Assembly (NCBI GenBank): GCA_024679065.1 | Contig: JAGIQG010000009.1 | Span: forward strand, 71,734,001 to 71,798,000 | Reading direction: 5' to 3' | DNA from: Sphyrna mokarran | Lineage: Eukaryota | DNA length: 64,000 nucleotides | In this document: positions 11,961 to 26,117 of the stretch, in pieces | Layout of the letters: the number at the start of each line of letters is the position of its first letter | How positions within the stretch are numbered: the first letter of the stretch is position 1 | The notes under the pieces: generated by a model | Seen by the model: the letters and a program-made list of their open reading frames with translations, nothing else | Told to the model about the DNA's origin: nothing | Database searches by the model: none | Translations under genes and position numbers: made by a program

Positions 11961-12659
11961 TGACTTATTGTTCAACAACATGAAGGACATTTCAAGTCAC
12001 ATCTTGACTGGCGATCTTCCCATTTCCCTATATTGAACGCCACACCATCGCACTATTTCTGCAGTTTTTGAGCTCCCATTGGATAGGCCAGTGAGTTGCC
12101 AACCCTACAACATAGTTTTGAATTTTAATTTCCTGAACCATGCTTCAAGGAAGCCAGGTAGGAAATCATTGGAGAATTAGAATATATGCTTCCATTTGCT
12201 TTGAATGCCTTCCTTAGGAAATAATTAGAGACAGCAAAAAGACTGATGGGGCGAAATGGTAGGCGTGGAAAGTCATATGATACACCTCTGGAACTATGCC
12301 CACATACAGTTAGCAAGCCGAATGTCCATTGATCCCTTTAATTTCTGACACACTTTTCTTGTCCTAATGTTGTGGGATAGCAAGTACTAGGAAGAAAATA
12401 CATTTTCTCATTTGAAATACACAGTCCCAAATGAAGCACTCAAATTATATTGTCAGAGATTAGATTTACATCCCTTTCATTAATGGATCATTAGCAACTG
12501 GTTGCGGGCTAATGCTGCCAGCTCTTTCCTTCACTCACTGTTTGATAACGACTGAACTAGAATTAAAACAACAGATTGTTGGAAAAAATTAGAAATTTAT
12601 ATTTCTCTATCAAAAGGGTTCTGATGACTCTTCCTTTTCAGTTCATGAGGCATTGCTTC

Positions 12660-14315
12660 TTCAAAAGAACAGTGGCGTTGTTGCAACTGCCTCAGTACTC
12701 AATGCCGACAACTGCCAGTTTCCAGATGCAATTTTACAACTCATCTGCTTCATCCTGGACAACAATAGCTTCACCTTCAAACGACCAGTTCTTCATCCAG
12801 ACAGATGGAACAGCCATGGGGACCAAGTTTTCACCTCAATTTGTCAACATCTTCATGCACAGGCTTGAACAAGACTTCTTCACTGCACAGGACCTTCAAC
12901 CGATGCTATACACTAGATACTGTGATAACATTATCTTCTTTAGACTCATGGTGAACAATCACTGAAATAACTATATGATGACATCAACAAGTTCCATCCC
13001 ACCATCAGACTCATCATGGATTATTCTCCAGATTGGTTGCATTCTTGGACACACCATCTCCATTAAGGACGGTCAACTCAGCACCTCACTGTACTGCAAG
13101 CGCCAAGATAATCTCATGATGCTCCACTTCTCTAGCTTCCACACTAAACACGTTAAAAAATACACCCCCTATGACAAGCCCTCAGTATACATAGGATCTG
13201 CTCAGATGAGGAGGATCGTAACAGACACCTCCAGACACTGAAAGATGCCCTCATAAGAACAGGATATGACGCTCGACTCATCGATTGGCAGTTCTGACAC
13301 ATCACAGCGAAAATCCACACCGACCTCCTCAGAAGACAAACATGGGACATGATGGTCAGAGTACCCTTCGTCATCCAGTACTTCTCTGGAGTGGAGAAGC
13401 TACGACATCTTCTCTGGAGTCTTCAACATTTCATTGATGAAGATGCACACCTCGCCAAAGCCATCCCCACACCCTCACTTCTTGCCTTCAAACAATCGCA
13501 CAACCTCAAACAGACCATTGTCCACAGCAAACTACCCAGCCTTCAGGAGAACAGTGACCACGGCACTACACAACCCTGCCACAGCAACCTCTGCAAGACA
13601 TGCCAGTTCATCGACACAGATACCATCATCTCACATGAGACCATTATCCATCAAGTACATGGCACATATTCTTGCAACTCGACCAACATTGTCTACCTGA
13701 TACACTTCAGGAAAGGATGTCTCAAGGCATGGTACACTGGGGAGACCATGCAGATGCTACGACAACAGATGAATGAACACCACTGGACAATCACTGGGCA
13801 AGACTGTTCCCTTCCTATTGGCGAACACTTTGACGGTCATGGGCATTCGGCCTCTGATCTTCAGGTAAACATTCTCCAAGGTGACCTTCACGACGTGTGA
13901 CAGTGCAGAGTTGCTGAGAAGAAACTGATAGCCAAGTTCCTCACACATGAGGATGGCCTCAATCAGGATCTTGGGTTCATATCTGTAACCCCCATGACTT
14001 GCAACATCTCACTTACTGCCCTGTCAGGAGACAATACACATTTCTTTAACCTATGCTTAATGTTATCTCCACTCACATTGTCTGCACCTTTAAGACTTGA
14101 TTAGCTGTAAAGACATGCATTCTAATCAATATTCTGTAAACTGTATGTGCCTTTATATGGTTTGTTTGTGATCAGAACTTTTACTCACCTGATGAAGGGG
14201 CAAACCCCGAAAACTAATGGCGCTTATTATCAAATAAACCTGTTGGCCTTTAACCTGGCGTTGTGAGACTTCTTACTGTGTTTACCCCCCAGTCCAACGC
14301 TGGCATCTCCATGTC
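12660..14315 (+). mobile_element. Penelope-like element, older frameshifted copy
   Basis: Fragments GTAMGTKFSPQFVNIFMHRLEQDFF, PCHSNLCKTC and IVYLI...WYTGET are collinear with the 5961-7136 ORF; 3' end CCCAGTCCAACGCTGGCATCTCC. Confidence 0.92.
14183..14222 (+). ncRNA. Hammerhead ribozyme motif (partly decayed) in PLE pLTR
   Basis: CTGATGA-A-GGGG-CAAA-CCCC-GAAA; stem III palindrome and stem I mutated. Confidence 0.7.
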
Positions 14316-14319
14316 AGAA

Positions 14320-15630
14320 GAACAAGACAGTCATCTCAGCACCAGGATATCACAGCAGAACTTCCTCAGGGTAATGTCCTAAGCCCAACCATCTCCAACT
14401 GCTCATCAATGACCTTCCCTCCATCATAAGGACAGAAAAGAGGATATTCACTGATGATTCTTCAGCACCATGTGTGGCTTCTCAGATACTGAAGCAGTCT
14501 ATGTCCAAATGCGGTAAGACCTGGACAATAGCCAAACTCGAGCTGACAAGTGGCAAGTAATATTTACGCCACACAAGTGCCAGGCAATGATTATCTCCAA
14601 TAAGAGAGAAACTCAGTGGAATTACCATCACTAAATTCCCCACTATCAATGTTCTGAGGATTACCATTGATGGGAGACCTAACTGGACTGGCTATGTAAA
14701 TATGGGCAGCATGGTCGCAGGGCGGCATGGTGGCATTGTGGTTCACACTGCTGCTTCACAGTGCCAGGGACCTGGGTTTGATTCCTGGCTTCGGTCACTG
14801 TCTGTGTGGGGTCTGCACATTCTCCCCATGTCTGAATGGGTTTCCTCTGGCTGCTCTGATTTTTTCCCATAGTCTGAAAGACATGGTGGTTAGGTACATT
14901 GGCCATGCTAAATTCTTACTCAGTGTATCGAATAGATGCCAGAGTGTGGCAACTAGGGCACTTTCACAGTAATTTCATTGCAGTGTTAATGTAAACCTTC
15001 TTGTGGCTAATAAATAAATAAACTTTAACTAAATATTTTGGCCGCAAGAACAGTTCAGAGGCTAGGAATCCTCTGGCAAGTAACTCACTCATAGCCTGCC
15101 CACCATCTACAAGGCATTAGCCAGGAGTGTGATGGAATATTCATCATTTGCCTGGATTGATGCAGCTCCACCGACACTGAAGAAACTCGACATCACCCAG
15201 GACAAAGTAGCCTGTTTGATTGGTACCCCTTCCACAAATATTCACTTCTTTTACCACTGAAGAATAGTGATAGCAGTGTGTACCATTTACAAAATGTGCT
15301 GCAGGAACTTACCCAAGGCTCTTAAGGCAGCCTTCCAAACTAATAATTGCTACTATCTATAAGGAAAAAGGCAGCTGACACATGGGATCGCCACCACCTG
15401 GAAGCACCCCTCCAAGTCACTCACTGTTGTGACTTGGGAATATATCATTGCTCCTTCTCTGTTGCTGGATCAAAATCCTAGAACTCCCTCCCTAACTATG
15501 TGGATGTACTTACACTTAGGGACTGCAGCAGTTCAAGAAGCCAACTCTTTCTTCTCAAGGGCAAATAGGAGTGGGCAATAAATGCAAACCAAGCCTGCAA
15601 AGTCTATATCCCATAAATGCATTTTAAAAT
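14320..15630 (+). mobile_element. CR1/L2-group LINE 3' part, interrupted by a SINE
   Basis: LPQGNVLSPT...NDLPSII...FTDD RT motifs; tail CAAGGGCAAATAGG..TGGGCAATAAATG shared with the SINE family at 17277. Confidence 0.75.
14704..15029 (+). mobile_element. V-SINE type B with probable 7-bp TSD
   Basis: TAAATAT at 14697-14703 and 15030-15036. Confidence 0.87.
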
Positions 15631-16118
15631 AATTAATGTTAGAATGAACTCCCTATAATAGGCACTGTTGGAATGAATCCCCAGCAGAATTGCTCACACT
15701 AATGAGTAATATATTAATTCTGATAAATATCTGTACTGTTACCCAAAACCAGGGCAGCAACAAGTCACCCACTCCCATGAAGGTTATCCACCATCCTCAC
15801 CAGAAGCAACCATTTTCACCTTTGGTGTTTGCTTGTTTATTTCTTTAAAAATTCAGCATCAACCAAATCTGCCAGAGTTCAGATTCTTATTACTAGTTAT
15901 AACCTTCAGTTCTGATGTTCATATTTGGCTCACTTGCTTGGTACTTATTCCCAGCCGCTGACTGCGTGTGTGTATAAACAGCACAGTTCAGCAGTTTGCT
16001 GTAAGTAAAATTTCCTGTGCCGCAGGGAAATTAATTGCAAAGTAAATTCACTAAAGAGTTTTCATTATGACAGCAATAGATCTTGAGTGTGCAAAAAAAA
16101 AGCTGAGCATATGTGCAT

Positions 16119-16433
16119 ATGGGCATGGTGGAACAGTGGTTAGCACTGCTGCCACACAGCGCCAGGGACCTGGATTCAATTGTGGCCTCAGGTGACTGCC
16201 CGTGTGGAGTTTCTACATTCTCCCCGCATCTGTGTGGGCTTCCTCCAGATGCTTTGGTTCCCCCCCCGCCTCCCGAACAGTCCAAAGAGATGTCCATGCT
16301 AAATTGCCCCATGGTGTCAAGGGGAATAGCTGGGTAAATAGGTGGGGTTAAAGGGATAGTACTTGGGTAGTCAATGTATGCTTGATGGGCTGAATGGCCT
16401 CATTCTACACTGTGGGGTTTCTATGATTTCTAT
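16119..16433 (+). mobile_element. HE1/V-SINE type A
   Basis: Head, core and CTATGATTTCTATG tail. Confidence 0.85.
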
Positions 16434-17093
16434 GTGGGACTTTCTGCATATAAATAAATGAAGATATGCCTTTATCACAGACAGCAGGAAAGAATATTAC
16501 ATGGAGTGCTGCTGCTCCTAATGATGGCATGAAGACTGGGCAAAAAATACCTTATAACTCGATTGTGCAGTTTTCCTTGGATCTGGTATCTACTTCTTGC
16601 GGAATAAGAATGATTACACTTCAAAAACCACTGAAGTGATTATAAAGCACCGTGGGCATGTTGAGGTAAAAAAAGTACAATATAGTTGCAAGTCATTTCT
16701 TTCCATACAAGCTCACAGTCCTTGCCATTTCTGATGTACCTTTTTGGTCAGCATCCACAGGGCAGAATTAGTCTGGATTTACCCAGAGCTGATGGGTGAA
16801 CAACTGTATTGGATTGCGATGAGAAGTGCTGTTAGTTCACAAAGGAATTTGTGATGCTCAAGACTTGGAGAAGGTGTCAGTGTTGAGGATGAACCTGATT
16901 CATCACTTTGTAGATGGAATAACTTTCTTTGCTCAAGCTATGGCTACTTCTTTCTGCCTTCAGCTATCTCTTTCTGCACAACTTTCTTGGTGCCCCAATA
17001 TATTGCTATTTTCTGCTCATTGAACATTGTTACACTCAATTTCAGACACCATTAAAAATCACAGAGGGTTATATAATTTTCCATCATCTCACT

Positions 17094-17219
17094 GGGCTGA
17101 ATTTGACCGTCCTACCTGCCATGGGAATCATAGTGGACAGGAGATGGACCATGCGAAGATCTGTTGACCTTGGGTGGCATCTTTCGGCTTTGGGGCAAGC
17201 ATGGTTGGAAAATCCTGCC
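17094..17219. mobile_element. ~125-bp MITE, same family
   Basis: GGGCTGAATTTGACC / GGAAAATCCTGCC. Confidence 0.55.
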
Positions 17220-17276
17220 TAATGTGCCCAACATCTGGTGATACACTGAAACAAACACAGGGGCTCTGTGAGAATT

Positions 17277-17646
17277 GGGAGGTGGTGGCTTAGTGGTATT
17301 GTCACTAAAGTAGTAATCCAGAGGAATAGTCTGGGAACCTGGGTTCAAATCTTACCATGGCAGATGGTGAAATTTGAATTCAATAAAAGTCTTGAATTGA
17401 AAAGTCTAATGATGGCCATGAAATCATTGTTGATTGTCATAAAAACTCATATGGCTCAGTAATGTGCCTTTAGGGAAGGAAATCTGCCATTCTTTCCCAG
17501 TCTAAATGTAACTCAAAACCCACAACAACGTGTGGTTGACCTTTAAATACTCTCTGAAATGTCCACTTTGCTCAAGGGCTGTTAGGGATGACCAATAATA
17601 AATGCTGGCCCAGTCATTAACGCCTACATCCCTTGAATAAAAAAAA
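17277..17646 (+). mobile_element. Second tRNA-derived SINE family
   Basis: A box TGGCTTAGTGG, B box GGTTCAAATC; body TTTAGGGAAGGAAATCTG; tail shared with the LINE at 14320-15630; other pieces at 24783-25110, 39550-39716, 47328-47460, 31670-31830(-), 32930-33035(-). Confidence 0.8.
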
Positions 17647-20600
17647 TGAAGTTTCATGTCATCAATCATGACGAGGAATGCATGAGCATTGATTCGTTAT
17701 GTCACCGTAATTATACTGCAGTTAATGGCCTCTCTGGTATCTTTTGAGTTTGATTTAGAGCTGTCAGTCTTGTCTAATACGGCCAGCTTCAATTCATGGA
17801 GGTTGAGTGGAGCAACAAAGCTCCAGTAGCTAATTTTTAACTGAAATATTAAAAAAAATCGATAACATTGGTAGCCAGAATGTACTTGCTTGGAGTTAAA
17901 CTACACTTACTGCCTACTCCAACTGATGTGAGACAACCTATTCAAGACAGTCGAACACCTCTTACTTTAAATATGTTTGGGAGCCACATTGCAGATCGAG
18001 AATGACTACCTCAGTGCATAACCAAGTCTAACATTGGTGCAAAAATAGTGGCATGTACAGCCATTGTTTGTACAATAGTAGATATGTTTGTGGGCAAGTG
18101 TAAACTAATAAATTCAAGTGCATTGTTTAAACGATAAACAAAACAGTTCAGTTACTCTACCCAACTCAATATGTTTCCAATACTGATGCAGCACTTCATC
18201 AATAAGATTAAAATGGTGGATAGCATTGGGTGCAAGAAAGTGAAAGTAAATAATTCAATGAATAGTATGAAATAAAACTGCTGTGTAATAAAATTTGACC
18301 CTCTGCTCCAATTGTCCCAATACATTTCTGAACTTCAAGCATTTTCTTTTTCCTGTATGTGACCCAGATTTTGAGCTCTGAGATTAGAAACATTAATTTG
18401 AACTGTACCCATAAGGGTATTAAAATTGCACAAATGGAAGTGTTTTATGGCATAGTCTCTTTTCCGCTTGCTTTATTGTTGAAATAGCTGATTATCAATA
18501 AAATAATTGTTTTTTAAAAAAAAGTGCATTTTGTTTTGGTGGTGATGGGTTGCAGTTGGATGCTTAATGAGAATTTTTGGCATACTAACTCGGCAGCTCC
18601 AGTGAGCTTGGTGCTTGCTCCAGGTTTTTAATTTTGAATTGACGAGAGATTCCCAAAGGCATGCTTCTGCCATACTGCAGCTAAACTGTATTTGTAATGC
18701 TGTCTTCCTTTTATTATCCTCACTATCTGCAACATATGTGCCCCTGCTATCCTAATTATGATGATGATTACTGATGATAACAATTCGGTAAGGCAAGGTG
18801 TCTCACACAGATGGGTATCTTCATATAGATTGCCAATTGAGTAAGAAAAATGTACACAGAACCATAAATGTTTTTAACTCTTTGGGAACTTATCCCCCAA
18901 AAAGAAATGGTAGATCCCTTGCACTTTATTCAGAGACTATCTTGCATTCATGAAAACCATGCTGACTGGACTAACACTTATTGCCCACTCTCAACTGTCC
19001 TTGAACTGAATGGAGAGTCAACCACATTTCTGGAGTTACATATAGGACAGTTTTTATCGCTAAAGCAAATTAGTGAACCAGTTGGATTTTTAATAATGCT
19101 CATTATTAGACTTTTAATTCTGGATTTTATGCACAGCTTAAATCCAAAAACCAAAACCTCTAAATTTTCTATATTTCAGGAAGTACAAGGTTAGTTTATG
19201 TAACCTCTCCTCTTAATCTAACCCTTGGAATCCAGGTGATAGCTTGTGGATCAACATGGTACACATCCAATGCCAATATATTCACTCTGAGCTATATTGT
19301 CCAGGATTGTACACAATCCTCTGAACAGTTCCATAACAGGATTGTGCATAGTTATAGCCAATTTTATTCTAGTTCTCAAATTATAAAGATTAACATTCCA
19401 TTTTGTTTATTTTTATACCTGATTTACAATTTAGTCATCTATGTACCTGGACCCACAATTCACTTTGAACCTTAATTATTTCTCAAATAATACTTGAATC
19501 TATATTTCTTGATTGAAAATGGATGAATTTATACTTAAACTGTGTTGAAATCTATCTGCCACAATTTTTCTCACTTATTCAATCTATCAATGTCCCTTTA
19601 CCTTTATGCATGGGTTTTTGTGCCATTGACAAACATGGATATAGAGCTCTCTAATGTGTAATTACTTTAAATTCATTTATACAAGTGGACATTTCTCACT
19701 AGGTCGACATTTATTGTCCATCTCAAGGGCAATAAGGGATGGGCAATAAATGTTGTCCTATCTAGTGATGCTATGGGTGGAACTTTATAGCCTTGCTCGA
19801 GCAAGACCGGGAAATCCTTATCAAGAGCAATGGATATTTCCATTGTCTGCTCCTTGCCCGTTCTGATTCCATGGCAGGCAGGGCGATACAATTCCAGTGT
19901 ATGAGCCATAGTTAATGGCAATCAGAGTAGTTGTGAACTATAGTCTGCATTAGACTACCCCATGCCAATGTAAGACCCCCAAAGAATCAATGTAATTTTG
20001 GGCTTGCAGCCAGGCCTCATTTTGGCTGAAAGTCCAGATATCCACCTGATTCCCAGAGAAAATGTTGCTTGACTGACAGCTCTGATTCCCTGATCTCTAA
20101 AGGCAATTGCAAGATGTTTATCTACACAGAATTTCTACAGGATACTTTCATCTTGTGAAAAAGGGTAAGAGATTGTCAGTCTGTTGCTATGGACAAATGT
20201 ATATACTTTTTAAATGTCATTGATCAAAGTGTTTTATATGTGAAACATGTGTATTTTCTTTTAACTCAGAGTTATTTTCCCGACATAAATAATCTCAGTA
20301 GTAAGCTTTTGTGTTACTTTTCAAATAAAGAAAGTTATTTATCATCCCACACTTACCCTGGAAGTTTGAAAGTGTGATGTCTCACTCACAGGCATTGTCT
20401 CTCACACAAAGATTAGATACAGATGAAGAGAAAAACAATATGATTACAAAGCTTACTTTTTTTTTCTGGCAGGCCTTTAATTTCTTAGATGTGTTGATGC
20501 ATTTAGTTGAAGAGAAGCTCTTAGAAGCAGAAGATTTTCAGTAAGCTGTGAGGTTTCTTGTCACTGGATATTGGTTCTCAGATGAAACTGCATTTGAAAC

Positions 20601-20954
20601 AGGCTGAGGGGAAGGTCTCCCTCCCACTTTTAAGGTATGGTTATTCAGTACCTTGGCTATGAAGTTGGTTCAAAGTTAGATAGATAGCTGCCTGCTGATC
20701 TCTGTCACTGTAAAGCTGATTCTCACTATTTTGAAAGCAGGCAACAACCATAGCTGATTCATCCATGTGGTGCGTTACAAGTCGCAATTTTTTCCAAATA
20801 AGGTGATGTATTAAGCCAATACACTTCCTGTGTTGTGGTTTTACACACCTTCCCTGCTATTTAGACCTATCATCATCCTTGCCAGCCCCCAACCGATCGC
20901 CAGCAAAGTGGCAATGGACCCTCCCTGCACCCCATCCACCATGCCCCCACTAGA

Positions 20955-22745
20955 GATTCAAATACATAAAGGGCAAAAGGAGTAGGGCCCCTTAAGAATC
21001 AACCAGATCATCTATGTGCACATACACAAGAAACAGTGAGATCCTAAATGAATATTTCTCATCAGTATTTACTGTTGAGAAAAGCATTGATGTTAAGGAA
21101 CTTGGGGAAATAAATAATCTCTTGAGAAATATACATATTACAGAGAAGGAGGTGCTAGAAGTCTTAAAGCTCATCAAAGTAGATAAATCCCTGGGACCTT
21201 GTGAAGTGTATCCCAAGACATTGTGGGACTCTAGGGAGGAAATTGCAGGTCCCCCAGTTGAAATATTTGAACCACCAATTGTCACAGGTGAGGTGCTGAA
21301 GATTGGAAAGTGGCAAATGTGCTTTTGTTTAAAAAGGTCCACAGGGAAAAACCTGGGAATTATAAGTCAGTGAGCTTCACATCTGTGGTGGGTAAATTGT
21401 TGAAAAGTATTTTGAGGGATAGGAACTACAGGCATTTAGAGATGCAAGTACTGATTAGGGACAGTCAGCAAAGCTTTTGAGTGGAAAATCATGTCTTACA
21501 AATTTAATTGACTTTTTGAAGGGGTAACAAATACGGTAGATGAGGGCAGTGCAGTTGATGTTGTCTACGTGGACTTTACAAGGCCTTTGACAAAATATCT
21601 CATGGTAGGTTGTTGCATAAGATTAAATCTCATGGGACCCAAGATGTGATATCTAAATGGATACAAAATTGGCTTCACAACAGAAGCCAGAAGGTGGTTA
21701 TAGAGAATTGTTTTTCAAATTGAGGCTTGTGACCAGCGTGTGCCTCAGGATCAGTGCTGGGCCCACTGTTATTTGTCATTTATATTAATGATTCGGATGA
21801 GAATATAGGAGGCATGGTTAGTAAGTTTGCAGATGACACAACGATTGGTGACATAGTGGAAATTGAAGAAAGTTACCTCCAATTGCAATGGGATCTTGAT
21901 CAATTGAGCAGTTGGCTGACGAATGGCAGATGGAGGTTAATTTAGACAAATGCGAGGTGTTGCATTTGGTAGCTTGAACCAGAGCAGGACTTATCAGTTA
22001 ATAGTAGGGTGTTGGGGAGAGTTATAGAACAAAGAGATCCAGGGGTACATGTTCATAGGTCCTTGAAAGTGGAGTCACAAATGGAGAGAGTGGTGAAAAA
22101 GGCATTCAGCATGTTTGATTTCATCAGTCAGAACACTGACTACAGGAGTTGAAATGTCTTGTTGAAGTTATACAAGGCATTGGTAAGGCCACACTTGGAA
22201 TATTGTGTGCAATTCTGGTCACCCTATTATATAAAGGATATTATTAAACTAGAAAGAGTGCAGAAAAGATTTACGAGGATGCTACCAGAACTTGATGGAT
22301 TGAGATATAAGAGGCTGGATAGATAGGGATTTTTTCTCTGGAGCATAGGAGGTGGAGGCATGATCTTATAGAAATTTATAAAATAAGGAGGGACACAGAT
22401 CAGCCAGATAATCAATATCTTTTCACAAAGGTAGGGGAGTCTAAAACTAGAGAGCATAGATTTAAGGTGAGAGTAAAGAGATACAAAAATATCCAGAGGG
22501 GCAATTTTTTCACACAGAGGGTGATGATTTTCTGGAACTGCCAGAGGTAGTAGTAGTGGTAGGTACAATTTTGTCTTTTAAAAAGCATTTAGATAGTTAC
22601 ATGGGTTAATGGATATAAAGGGATATGAGCCAAATGCGGACAATTGGGATTAGCTTAAGTGTTTTTTAAAAAAAGAGTGGCATGGACAAGTTGGGCCAAA
22701 GTCCTGTTTCCATGTTGTAAAACTTTATGACTCTAAGAATCTATC
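20955..22745 (+). mobile_element. CR1 LINE ORF2 (RT) pseudogene with 3' tail
   Basis: EILNEYFSSVFT, DKSLGP, LGPLLFVIYIND...SKFADDT, VRPHLEYCVQFWSP; TATGACTC-like tail. Confidence 0.92.
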
Positions 22746-22859
22746 TGACCACCCCATCATCAGAGATCCATCTGCACCAGCCCACCCCTCCCAAACAGTT
22801 AGCGATCGGGCATCTCCCCCCCCCACCCCCTACCAGCCACCAGAGATACATCTTACCTG

Positions 22860-23470
22860 CCTCCCTCCTCCCCACCTCCTCTCCCCCCCACTGCCCCCCA
22901 CCAGACAATGATCTGGCCTCCTGCTTATTGCTGTCTCCGCTCCCAGGAAGTGATCTGGCCTCACTCCTCCCCACTGCCCCCCAGAGAATGGTGTGGCATC
23001 ACTCATCACAACCCCCCCCCCGCCGCCTTCAATAATGTGGACTCACTCACCAACCCATCTCAGACAATGATTTGGTCTCACTCACCCCTGTCTGCTCCTC
23101 CCGCAACCCTCCTCTCCCCCCACCCATCCTGAAACAATCTGGCCACACTTCCCCTCCCCCCTCTCCACTCCGGAGAATGGTCTGGCCTCACTCACCCTTC
23201 CCCCACCTCTCCTCCCCCCGCACCCAGACAATGATATGGCCTCACTCACTCCCACGTCCCAGACAACGATCTGGCCTCACTCCCCCCTACTCCACCCCAA
23301 GAGAATGGTCTGGTCTCACTTTGTTCCCCCCCCAAACCCCAGACAACAATTTGGCCTCACTCATTCCCCCTCCCGCCCGCCCAGAGAATGGTCTGGCCTT
23401 ACTGCCATCCACCACCAACCCCCATGAGGGAATGATCTGACCCGCCTCCCTCCTCCCCCCCCAACTCCTA
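22860..23470 (+). repeat. C-rich minisatellite inside a MITE-like element ending GGTAAAATCGGGCCC (~23813)
   Basis: Units CCAGA(C/G)AA(T/C)G(A/G)TCTGGCCTCACTC plus C-runs. Confidence 0.85.
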
Positions 23471-24782
23471 CCACTGACCTGAGCCAGGGAGCCATTGGAA
23501 GAATGCACTCTTCAGCAGCTGGAGCGCCCGACTCAGACTTTTATTCAGCAGGACCATTATGTCGCAGTTCCTGATTGACAAATGCGGTGGTAAAGGAATT
23601 GCTGATAAAGTTGGATGGGCAGTTCATTAATTCAATTTAAATGCATGCAAATGCATTTAAATTACCATTGCACCCGTTTTGGGTGCAAAGCGGATTGCCA
23701 CCATTCCCAGGTTTCGGTAAAGTGGTAACTAGTGTGACGCAGGCGCGATTGCATTAATGACCTCACATCCAACTTTACCACGTTTTCGCGAAGCAATGGT
23801 AAAATCGGGCCCAAAATGAACATATCAAGTAGTGATTATCTGATACTCAATCTGCTTAAATAGCACCATTTTAATTCCAAATATGATTCGACTAGAAAAA
23901 AGGATATAGCACTGTTATCAGTTTCCAGTTTAAGGTGTAATCTATTTTCAGTTGAGTTGCTCGATGCTATCGTTGAAGAAGGTATCACAAGCATTGCAAC
24001 TATAGCTAATAATTATTGAGGCAGTGAGAGTCCTACAGCTTTGCTTTAAATGAAAGTCCATAGCGTTAATGCCATTTAGGTAACTAAGCTGCTGTGGGCC
24101 CTCAATGACCCTAGGAGTAGAAATACCGTCACTGAGAGCTGATAGCCAGTCATTGATAGCCTCAATGAAAAGGCTCATAACTCTTCATTGGTTGGCAGCA
24201 CCAACTGAGAGTTAGTGGCTGCTGCTGGTACTGCCCCCTCCTAAGACCCATTTTCATTGCTGGATCCCAGGTCATAATAGCAGAAAGCAGGGGGTTGGGG
24301 GGCTGGGATCTGCACACAATAAGATGGATGGTGCTCTTATGCCCCCATCCTATCCAAGGCAAAACTCAAACAATCTCTGAGTCCCTTTTTATGTGAGATC
24401 TCACTCCTCGCCACTACACACCACCCTTTGTTTCGGGAACCTATTAACAACCTTGCATCAGTTTGTTTAACATGCTTCCCTGTTTGCCACTGAGCTAATA
24501 TTAGCATCTGTGGGTTGAGACCTTTAAGTGTTCACTAATCGCTCTTTTAAAGACATCAATTGATGATGGAATGGGAAGGCCATCCATGGACCTACTTGGT
24601 GGGAGGTGGGAAGACACTGAGGTCCCCATTGCCACCCCATATCTGATTAAATGCCCCTTACTATCAACCACTCCACTGGGGAGGACAATGAATTTCGCCC
24701 TACATGGTAAATGTGCACCTTGCAGTTGGCATGTTAATAAACATGGCCTTCAGTATTTTTGTGACTTGCTACATTTTCCAAA

Positions 24783-25110
24783 TGGGAGGCTGTGGCATAG
24801 CGATAGTGTCACTTGACTAGTAACCTAATGCTCTGGGAACCATGTCAGATGCTAAAATTTGAAATCAATAAAAGTTTCAATTAAAAGTCTACTGATGACC
24901 ATGAAACCATTGTTGATTGTCATAAATACCTATTTGGTTCACTAATGTCGTTTAGGGAAGGAAATCAGTCATCCTTAACACATGATTCCAGGTCCATAGA
25001 AACACTCTTTGAAATGGCCAAACAAGCTATTCAGTTCAAAAGCAAATAAAGATGGGCACCAAAAACTGGCCCAGCCAGTGATGCCCAAATCCGATGAATG
25101 AATTTTTAAA
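24783..25110 (+). mobile_element. Copy of the 17277 SINE family
   Basis: Collinear similarity to 17277-17646. Confidence 0.78.
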
Positions 25111-25859
25111 AAGTGGGCCGTTATAACTGGATTAGTCCTCCAAGCACAAAGGGTTTAAAGAAAATGAATGTGACGGGGACCTGTAATTATTGCAAGAGTT
25201 GATGACCACCAGTTAGTGTAATAAACTGTAACAGTTTATGTGCAGGCAGCTAATATATACAGAGTACTTTGATGATGTTAACACTTTCAGCTCTCGGATC
25301 TGTTCTGGCTGCAAAAGCCACATTCTGCACCAAGATCGCTGCGCTCATTCCCCGTTGGGTGATCAGATCACATGACCCTCAGGCTATTTGCCCTTAAAGG
25401 AGCCAGAAATTCCAGGACCAATCCCCTGCTTATGACAAAGAAATCAGCCAGGAGAGAAGGCAAGGAAGCGATCATCTCAGAGGCACTGCCTTCCCAGAGA
25501 GAGAGAGAGAGTGAGATGGTGGTGGACTCAAAGACTTTCAGGATAGACAGGAATATAGTGCACCTTGATCACCCTGCTTCCAGCAACATGTGCCAGTGAA
25601 CCAAAATCATCAGCAATTTCTCCCACGATGTCCAACATTCGCGCCATACATTCCTTAATTATTTCTTATATTGATTTCAGGCAATCATTCAGCTAAATTG
25701 CAACAGTTTGAACACTGATTCCCTGCAGAACATCACTTCCAAGGTGACTGAAATCCATCTGCAATCATTTTCTGCCTAACAGCTTTCAGCTAGTTCTCAA
25801 AATAGTGTGGTAAGTTGCCACAAATACATAAGCCTTCAATCTTGTCAAGAAGCTCCGTG

Positions 25860-26100
25860 TGTGGCACCCTTATCAAAAGTTTTTTTTAGCCTCTGGGCGA
25901 ATACATATCTACTGAATTTCCATTATTGAGTCCTGTGGTGATTTCTTCAAAAAAGACAATTAAGTCACTGAGGCAAAATCTTCTTTCTCTGAATTCATGT
26001 TGGGTTTTTCTGATATGTCCATCTCTGTCAAAGCGTTCACATGCATCTGTAATGATTCCCACAAGCATCTTCCCTGTTACTGACATAAAACTAAAGGATC
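25860..26100 (-). mobile_element. CR1 RT fragment; inverted copy at 27120-27365
   Basis: TQHEF..RRFCLSDLIVFFEEIT..LNNGNSVD (cf. QHGF..GRSCLTNL..FFE). Confidence 0.8.
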
Positions 26101-26117
26101 TGCGGTTCCACAAAGCC

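Noticed and set aside
14461-14478. REST/NRSE-like TTCAGCACC
   Set aside because: Half-site only, inside LINE RT coding sequence
22727-23508. Pro-rich ORFs and a CRISPR-like repeat/spacer appearance
   Set aside because: Vertebrate minisatellite; spacers are low-complexity C-runs, repeats are degenerate, and there are no cas genes
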